Origin: a virus
Taxonomy: Duplodnaviria; Caudoviricetes
Virus record (IMG/VR): IMGVR_UViG_3300025853_000414
Location: 1-30,656 of that record
Reading direction: 5' to 3' (one strand)
DNA: 30,656 bases
This document shows, piece after piece, positions 25,248 to 30,656 of this stretch (position 1 is its first letter; the number at the start of each line of letters is the position of its first letter). The position numbers were made by a program, and so were the translations under genes. The notes under the pieces were generated by a model. It made no database searches and was not told the DNA's origin. It was given only the letters and a program-made list of their open reading frames with translations.

Positions 25248-26606
25248 TTATTCGTTATAAGTAATTATTAATTCTGTTACTCCTAATGCATCATAAGTAA
25301 CTGATCCTGCTAAATAAGTGTTGTTTATTCCTCCTGCTGAAAAGGTTAATGTTTCTCCTGGTTTAATTGTTACACCTAACACTAGTCCATCTGCTGCACC
25401 CACATTTGCTACAGAAAAATCATATATAGTAGGCGCAATAGTCTGCACACCATTTGCAGAATATCTAATAATTCTTGGTGTTCTTACAATTGCTGTAGTA
25501 TTAGTAGAAATATTAGTAAGCAGTGATCTTTGATCTTCACATAATGTAACAGATAAACCTTCTTCACAGGGCCTTTCTCCTAAAGGTCCTGCAATTGTTG
25601 CTGTAACAGCACCATCTACTGTTAATGAACCACCATTATCTGTAACAGGTATTGCAACGGTAGAAACAATATTTACATCTTGTGTACCTGAAGGTACTGT
25701 AGTTACTGTACCATCAACTGTTATAGAACCTCCGTTATCTGTAATATTAATAGAACCATCTGCATTAATAGCAAGTGTTTCAACTCCATCAGTAATGCTA
25801 ACAGATCCATCTACAGTTACTGATCCATCTACTGTAATAGATCCTCCACCATCTCCAATAACCCATGGAGAAGTACCTTGATTAACAGTAATAGTTTCAA
25901 GTGCAGCAAGTGTAGCTGCATCAAGTGCTACTGTACCATCCACAGTCCATGGTGTAGTACCTTGAAGAACTGTAATTGTTTCTAAAGCAGCTAATGTAGC
26001 AGCATCTAAAGCTACTTCCCATGTTCCAGATTGTACTGAATCTACAGTCCAAGTTCCAGATTGAGTTACAGCTAATGTAGGATTTGTAATATTTACATCA
26101 AGTGTTCCAGTTGTTAATTCTGTTAGAATACCGTCTAAAGTTACACCTTGATCAATAAATTCTGCATTTGAATCTACACAAAAAGTAACAGCTACTGCAT
26201 CAGCACAAGCAGTAAGTGGACCTAATGGTCCTATAATATTTGTATCTAATGAAGCTGGAAAGACTACATTTGCATTTGTATTAACAAATCCATTTGCGTC
26301 AACTGAAACTGCAACATTACTCATGCCACCAGAGTCATATCCATAAATTAATATACTATCATTAGCTTGATCAATTTCTACAGATAAAGGTAAAGAACTT
26401 AATACATTAACATCTATTGAACCATTAGCATTTATATTTAATGAATTTCCTAAACCATCGCATATTTTAATACTATCTTCAACACATGTTAAAGGTTTTT
26501 TAATTTCATCATATATACCTTGAAGACCTCTAAGCATTCTATATTGCCAAGGCCAGTTATTACCTTTGAGACCATCATTTTTTAAATCTCCAATACTATT
26601 TGACAT
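25248..26606 (-). CDS. Fibre-like protein with internal repeats
   Basis: 452 aa; ALDAATLAALETITV x2, QSGTW x2, GGS(I/L)TVDG x3, INA(N/D)GSI x2. Confidence 0.7.
   Translation of the reverse strand: MSNSIGDLKNDGLKGNNWPWQYRMLRGLQGIYDEIKKPLTCVEDSIKICDGLGNSLNINANGSIDVNVLSSLPLSVEIDQANDSILIYGYDSGGMSNVAVSVDANGFVNTNANVVFPASLDTNIIGPLGPLTACADAVAVTFCVDSNAEFIDQGVTLDGILTELTTGTLDVNITNPTLAVTQSGTWTVDSVQSGTWEVALDAATLAALETITVLQGTTPWTVDGTVALDAATLAALETITVNQGTSPWVIGDGGGSITVDGSVTVDGSVSITDGVETLAINADGSINITDNGGSITVDGTVTTVPSGTQDVNIVSTVAIPVTDNGGSLTVDGAVTATIAGPLGERPCEEGLSVTLCEDQRSLLTNISTNTTAIVRTPRIIRYSANGVQTIAPTIYDFSVANVGAADGLVLGVTIKPGETLTFSAGGINNTYLAGSVTYDALGVTELIITYNE
25612..26075 (-). repeat. Protein-level tandem repeats of the fibre shaft (approximate bounds)
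   Basis: Identical 15-aa units are encoded by synonymously diverged DNA (~25885-25930 vs ~25969-26013). Confidence 0.7.
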
Positions 26607-26619
26607 TTTATTTTAATTT

Positions 26620-28059
26620 TTAATTATAAAATCTATATTTAGTTGCATTATATAATGCTTCATGTTCTGTTGGACTTAATGCTTTATTATAAAATCCAAC
26701 AATGTTCATTAGACCACAAAACTGACCGTATAAATTATTAGCAGATGTATATTGACCCAATTGCATACCTCCATTACTACCTTGCATTCCTACAAAAGGA
26801 TTAGCAGAAGGTGCAGTTTCAGAACCTACAAATTGACCATCTAAATAAAAACTAGCAGTTTTTGATGGAATATCATAGCTAAATGCTATAAAATGCCATT
26901 CATTTTCTAAATTTGGTAAAGTGTTAGAATTATGAACCCATGTATATTGACTACCTGTGGTCTGTTGAGTTCTAGCTTTATATATAATTTGAGTTCCTGT
27001 AGGATCTATTCCAAATAAACCATTATTATCTCTACCTCCAATTTTACCAAATACTGTATAAAGATTTGGACTAGACGGAGATCCAATAGGTGTATTTGAT
27101 CTATCTAATTTAACCCATGCAAAACCTGTATGATTCTGTAAACTAAGTATACTACCATCTGGTCTAAAAGGTGCTCTAGCTACACCTACACTAACTACAC
27201 TACCACCAGAACCGCTAAATCTTAAATTAGTACCTTCAAAAGAAGTAGTGTAAGCTTGGGGATTAAGTAAAAGACTTATTTTACTAAGTTTTCTATTTTG
27301 AAAAGCTTTAAAGTCTTCATTACTAGGTCTTGGTGAATAATTGCTTAATGTACCTTCTTCCCATTGTGGACCCCATATGTATACACCTGATGAGCCATCT
27401 CCTGCATAAGAAACGTTACCTAATCCATCTGTAAGATAAATATATGTTCTACATGTAGCTTGATTACTTGCCAAGCCATTAAAAGTAAGAGTATAGTATA
27501 TTCTATACCAACCACTTCCTGCATCAATTACACCTACTTCTTCTGCTTCCGTACCTATTTGAGTTAATGTAGATGTAGCAAAATCATATATTACACCATC
27601 ATTATCAGGACCTGTATTTGTATGAGAGATTCTTATTTGTCTTGCTGCTCCTAATGTATATTCTTTAACATATAAAGAATATGTTATTGTCTCAGGTGGT
27701 CCAGAATTTATGCCCTCAACATTTAAATCAAATCTTAAACGATGTTCAGAAGTATTAGTATCTTCTTGTAATAAAACTGTATCTGTTCCACCTGCTGGAT
27801 CAATTACTCCTCCTGAAGGAACTTTGGTTACACCTAATAATCCACGAGAATCTGCAGAAATATCTGTTAAATCATAAGTCCAATCTTGTTTAACCCCAGC
27901 ACTAGAAAAATTATTAGTAAAATCTACAGTACCTGTAAATAAATTTTTACCTTGTGCTATACTATTAATAGACTCTGATTTAATAAATGATAATGGGCTA
28001 GAAGGATCTAACCATAAAATCAATTCATCGGTATCTATATTTCTTCTAACTGGAACCAT
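26620..28059 (-). CDS. LamG/concanavalin A-like lectin protein with an additional carbohydrate-binding-like domain
   Basis: LILWLDP at N-terminus; NEWHFIAFSYD...FYLDG...YNKALS...YNATKYRF (LamG-like); central TYSLYVK...GWYRI...YIWGPQWEEG jelly-roll. Confidence 0.75.
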   Translation of the reverse strand: MVPVRRNIDTDELILWLDPSSPLSFIKSESINSIAQGKNLFTGTVDFTNNFSSAGVKQDWTYDLTDISADSRGLLGVTKVPSGGVIDPAGGTDTVLLQEDTNTSEHRLRFDLNVEGINSGPPETITYSLYVKEYTLGAARQIRISHTNTGPDNDGVIYDFATSTLTQIGTEAEEVGVIDAGSGWYRIYYTLTFNGLASNQATCRTYIYLTDGLGNVSYAGDGSSGVYIWGPQWEEGTLSNYSPRPSNEDFKAFQNRKLSKISLLLNPQAYTTSFEGTNLRFSGSGGSVVSVGVARAPFRPDGSILSLQNHTGFAWVKLDRSNTPIGSPSSPNLYTVFGKIGGRDNNGLFGIDPTGTQIIYKARTQQTTGSQYTWVHNSNTLPNLENEWHFIAFSYDIPSKTASFYLDGQFVGSETAPSANPFVGMQGSNGGMQLGQYTSANNLYGQFCGLMNIVGFYNKALSPTEHEALYNATKYRFYN

Positions 28060-28062
28060 TTA

Positions 28063-28959
28063 TTAAAGATTTACCATATTTTCTAATGAAGTAATATACA
28101 TTTTAGTACCATCATAAAACCCTTTCATAAAAGTTACTCCTGATATTACAGGTGGTAAAGAGTTATTAGTTCTAAATATACTACCTGTTTGTAATGTAAC
28201 AATAAATGCTGCAGTATTATCTATAATAAAAGTATATTCTCCTATAGATGGGTTTATTACATCTAGTGTTGTATTTCCTGTTGCAGTTAACTGAAATGTA
28301 TTAAATCCTGTAAGATCTAAGTTATATACGCCTGTTATATTAATAGCAGAGACTGGACCCCATAAACTTGGTCCTTGTGGTCCTGTTAAACCTTGAATTC
28401 CTTGTGGTCCTTGAGGTCCTTGTAGACCTTGTAATGCTAGGAAATCCCAGTTAGCTGTGTCTGTATCTGGAGGAGTAGCTGATGGTCCAACTGCATTTGC
28501 TGCAACATAACTTGACCCATTATAAAATACAACATCATTTGGATTATAAGCTGTACCTGAACTCCATGTACCCACAAAGTTTAAACCTGCTGCACCTACT
28601 GGACCAGCTGGACCTACAGGTCCTTGAACTCCTTCAGGTATAGTAAAATTAAATACAGCATTTGTAGAGTCTCCTACATTTACTACTGAAGCTGCTGTAC
28701 CAGTAGCTCCTGTTGTTGTTGTTCCTACTTGTATAGTAGCTGCTTGTCCATCAGCTCCTGCTGGACCTTGAGGACCAGTTCCTCCACCACCGCTACCAAC
28801 TTGATTTTGCAAGTCTGAAAACTTAATAGCTGAGTCATAATATATAGAAGGATTCTTAGCATCTCTTACACCTACACTAATTAAATCGCCTGCACTTAAA
28901 GAAGTTTTGGCTCTTTTACCTTTTAGTATATTATAAAAATTACTTATATTTCTTAACAT
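28063..28959 (-). CDS. Collagen-repeat fibre protein with a ChiC/CBM5-12-like module
   Basis: Three G-x-x runs (e.g. GLQGPQGPQGIQGLTGPQGP); WSSGTAYNPNDVVFYNGSSY...PP...W module. Confidence 0.78.
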   Translation of the reverse strand: MLRNISNFYNILKGKRAKTSLSAGDLISVGVRDAKNPSIYYDSAIKFSDLQNQVGSGGGGTGPQGPAGADGQAATIQVGTTTTGATGTAASVVNVGDSTNAVFNFTIPEGVQGPVGPAGPVGAAGLNFVGTWSSGTAYNPNDVVFYNGSSYVAANAVGPSATPPDTDTANWDFLALQGLQGPQGPQGIQGLTGPQGPSLWGPVSAINITGVYNLDLTGFNTFQLTATGNTTLDVINPSIGEYTFIIDNTAAFIVTLQTGSIFRTNNSLPPVISGVTFMKGFYDGTKMYITSLENMVNL

Positions 28960-28966
28960 CTTTTTT

Positions 28967-29170
28967 TTATTTTACAATTTTAACATCTCCTGCTGGAGTA
29001 CTGTATACTTCACCTATTTTTAAACCTGCTGCTATAGCTGATGCATTATCTGGATATTCTCTGCGCATATCTGCTAACATTCTATTTAAATGTCCAAATT
29101 TAGCTGGAGCCATATCTTCATCTTTTTTAAGATATGGATCTGGTGATATAGGTACAAATTTTACTGGCAT
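28967..29170 (-). CDS. Small structural protein with a YxDNxxAxAAGL-x-x-G-x-x-Y motif
   Basis: 67 aa; motif recognised from C-termini of phage fibre proteins. Confidence 0.55.
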   Translation of the reverse strand: MPVKFVPISPDPYLKKDEDMAPAKFGHLNRMLADMRREYPDNASAIAAGLKIGEVYSTPAGDVKIVK

Positions 29171-29180
29171 AAGTATTTAT

Positions 29181-29672
29181 TTAAAAGTCTAATATTTCAT
29201 ATTCTATTTCAAAGATTACATTTCCATCTCCTACAGTTGGTAACCCAAGAAATGTTTTATACTCAAGATATACACTTCCGTTAATACCCGTTGCTGCTCC
29301 ATTTCCTGCACTTGAAACTACTTGTTCTGTAGTTCCGAGAAGAACTAAAGGTGTTACTCCTGCAATATTTCCCACTTCTGTTTTTATTGCTAACGAGGGC
29401 ATTGCATCATATGCAATAGTTGCATTTTTAAATTTACCAACTAATGTATTAAATCTTAAATATTTTCCAGCACCAACTGGAGGTATTAATTCTTTAACTA
29501 AAACACTAGACGCGTTTATAAAATCATTAGCAGTTACAGTTACTGTAGCAGTAAGAAAGTCTCCGCCTCCACCACCATCAGTAATTCCTAATGCTGATTT
29601 TAATACACTTAATGGCTGATTAAGATATTGCCATACTTTAGTTTTCTGTGATTTATATTCTGGTAGTGCCAT
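29181..29672 (-). CDS. Putative virion decoration protein (MALPEYKS paralogue 2)
   Basis: 163 aa; shared N-terminus, GGGG linker, beta-sandwich-like C-domain. Confidence 0.55.
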   Translation of the reverse strand: MALPEYKSQKTKVWQYLNQPLSVLKSALGITDGGGGGDFLTATVTVTANDFINASSVLVKELIPPVGAGKYLRFNTLVGKFKNATIAYDAMPSLAIKTEVGNIAGVTPLVLLGTTEQVVSSAGNGAATGINGSVYLEYKTFLGLPTVGDGNVIFEIEYEILDF

Positions 29673-29684
29673 TTTATTTTATTT

Positions 29685-30152
29685 TTATCCTAATGCTATA
29701 TTTAAAAGCCATGCTGTATTATCTGAATCTTTACAAAAAGTTTTATCTAATGTTAAAGTAAAATTATAAGCAGGAAGACCTTTTTGTACATATTGAATAT
29801 AACCCCATTTACCTAAAAAAGGATAGGTATCATTTAAATACTTTGTTACTTCTATTGCATTTTTAAGTGGAGCTATTTCATTTCTTTCACTTTTTAGTGT
29901 AAATGTTTTTTCATTAAGATATCTAAATGCTCCGTTCTTACCTAAATTTTCTAGTCTAATATCTAGATTTTTCCCCATTGGAAAATCTAAATCTCTATAA
30001 GGACCACTATTATTTGTAAGTACAACTTCAGATAAGTTTGCTGCCCATAAAGACGTTTTTAATTCAGCTGCTGATTTATTAGCATATTGGTATCGTTGAT
30101 ATCCATATCTAGGATTTGCAACTTTAGGACTTTTGTATTCGGGGAGTGCCAT
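29685..30152 (-). CDS. Hypothetical protein (MALPEYKS paralogue 1)
   Basis: 155 aa; first gene after the terminator/promoter gap. Confidence 0.55.
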   Translation of the reverse strand: MALPEYKSPKVANPRYGYQRYQYANKSAAELKTSLWAANLSEVVLTNNSGPYRDLDFPMGKNLDIRLENLGKNGAFRYLNEKTFTLKSERNEIAPLKNAIEVTKYLNDTYPFLGKWGYIQYVQKGLPAYNFTLTLDKTFCKDSDNTAWLLNIALG

Positions 30153-30166
30153 GATTATAAATTTAT

Positions 30167-30196
30167 AAATATACAGTTATAATATAATAAAAATTT
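30167..30196 (-). promoter_or_regulatory. Variant late-promoter-like motif AAATTTTTATTATATTATAACTGTATATTT
   Basis: Variant of the recurring T-run + TATATTA core, between a terminator and the fibre operon. Confidence 0.45.
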
Positions 30197-30203
30197 GTGT
30201 AAT

Positions 30204-30235
30204 AAAAAAGCCCTTAGCTAAAAAACTAAGGGCTT
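30204..30235 (-). terminator. Intrinsic terminator
   Basis: AAGCCCTTAG-TTTTTTAG-CTAAGGGCTT perfect 10-bp stem running into a T-tract. Confidence 0.85.
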
Positions 30236-30275
30236 GGAGATAATGCTAGGAAATTTGGAAAGGAGTACATTATCT

Positions 30276-30479
30276 CTAAAACAAGAATATATATAATATA
30301 ATTAAAATAACAATGCAAAAAACATATCCTATGTATCTTAAGATTTTTCCTTCTCTATCAGTTATGTATTCTTTTTTTACAGGATCATAGACATCTTTGC
30401 CTACAACCCAAGATATAAGAGCTAATAAAATAAATGTACAAAAACCACTTAAGGCTACTAAAATTTTTATTATTTCCAT
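30276..30479 (-). CDS. Small 2-TM membrane protein
   Basis: 67 aa with two hydrophobic stretches; overlaps the stop of the GroES-like gene. Confidence 0.55.
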   Translation of the reverse strand: MEIIKILVALSGFCTFILLALISWVVGKDVYDPVKKEYITDREGKILRYIGYVFCIVILIILYIFLF

Positions 30480-30655
30480 ATCATAATTACATCATGTACT
30501 AAAACTAACATTTTAATACCACTGTCCATTTCTATGATTTCTGCATTGTGTAAGGCTTGAGTGCGAACATATACTTTATCTCCTACTTTAATATCCTCTA
30601 CTTCCGTACCTACTGCAAATACATTCAAATGAGTCCATTGTTTCATTAACTCTTT
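30470..30655 (-). CDS. GroES/Cpn10-like co-chaperonin (5' part outside the window)
   Basis: Not in ORF track. KELMKQWTHLNVFAVGTEVEDIKVGDKVYV...EIIEMDSGIKMLVLVHDVIMIWK*; AVG...KVGD-x-V signature. Confidence 0.65.
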   Translation of the reverse strand, partial: KELMKQWTHLNVFAVGTEVEDIKVGDKVYVRTQALHNAEIIEMDSGIKMLVLVHDVIMIWK

Positions 30656-30656
30656 C

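Noticed and set aside
982-25533. Plus-strand ORFs in the track (e.g. 982-1170, 3677-3910, 6078-6317, 9836-10063, 13946-14251, 15113-15379, 17479-17754, 24962-25264)
   Set aside because: All are antisense shadows of longer, motif-bearing minus-strand genes, many with non-ATG starts and no recognisable features.
25612-26075. Repeats as a DGR template/variable pair or invertible segment
   Set aside because: Differences are synonymous and not adenine-specific; no reverse transcriptase or recombinase in the window.
1-30656. Stop-codon reassignment (TAG or TGA), reported in some crAss-like phages
   Set aside because: Large genes are intact under code 11. TAG ends TerL, the amidase and others, and TGA ends genes in ATGA overlaps, giving tight packing without recoding.
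1-30656. tRNA, rRNA or other structured ncRNA genes
   Set aside because: Intergenic gaps are short and AT-rich, and contain only terminators and promoter-like motifs; no cloverleaf signatures seen.

Overview
AT-rich window, densely coding and entirely on the minus strand, from a tailed phage. It looks like the virion/late module of a crAss-like (Crassvirales-related) phage that probably infects a Bacteroidota host: 5' leaders are A-rich with no Shine-Dalgarno, and one TAnnTTTG box is present. In transcription order (right to left): a partial GroES-like co-chaperonin; adhesion/fibre genes (two MALPEYKS paralogues, collagen+CBM, LamG, repeat fibre, beta-helix spike); a metallophosphoesterase; a lysis cassette (holin-like, u-spanin-like, amidase); a wHTH / IHF-like / Zn-finger / PD-(D/E)XK block; TerL, portal, acidic scaffold-like protein, major capsid protein and a conserved post-MCP protein; a run of 11 tiny ORFs, mostly Lys/Arg-rich; a ring/adaptor-like protein; a Dps/ferritin-like protein; and Cys-rich structural genes. 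Five ORFs missing from the supplied track were translated by hand (2-1093, 1096-1242, 5074-5139, 5442-5579, 30470-30655). The most interesting unexplained signals are the basic micro-protein cluster with recurring [M/Y/L/N/K]xxGG and shared N-terminal leader motifs (a candidate capsid-cargo/DNA-condensation system), a repeated GTATATTA promoter-like motif, and paralogues sharing an N-terminal anchor. All family assignments come from motif recognition and synteny; no database search was run.
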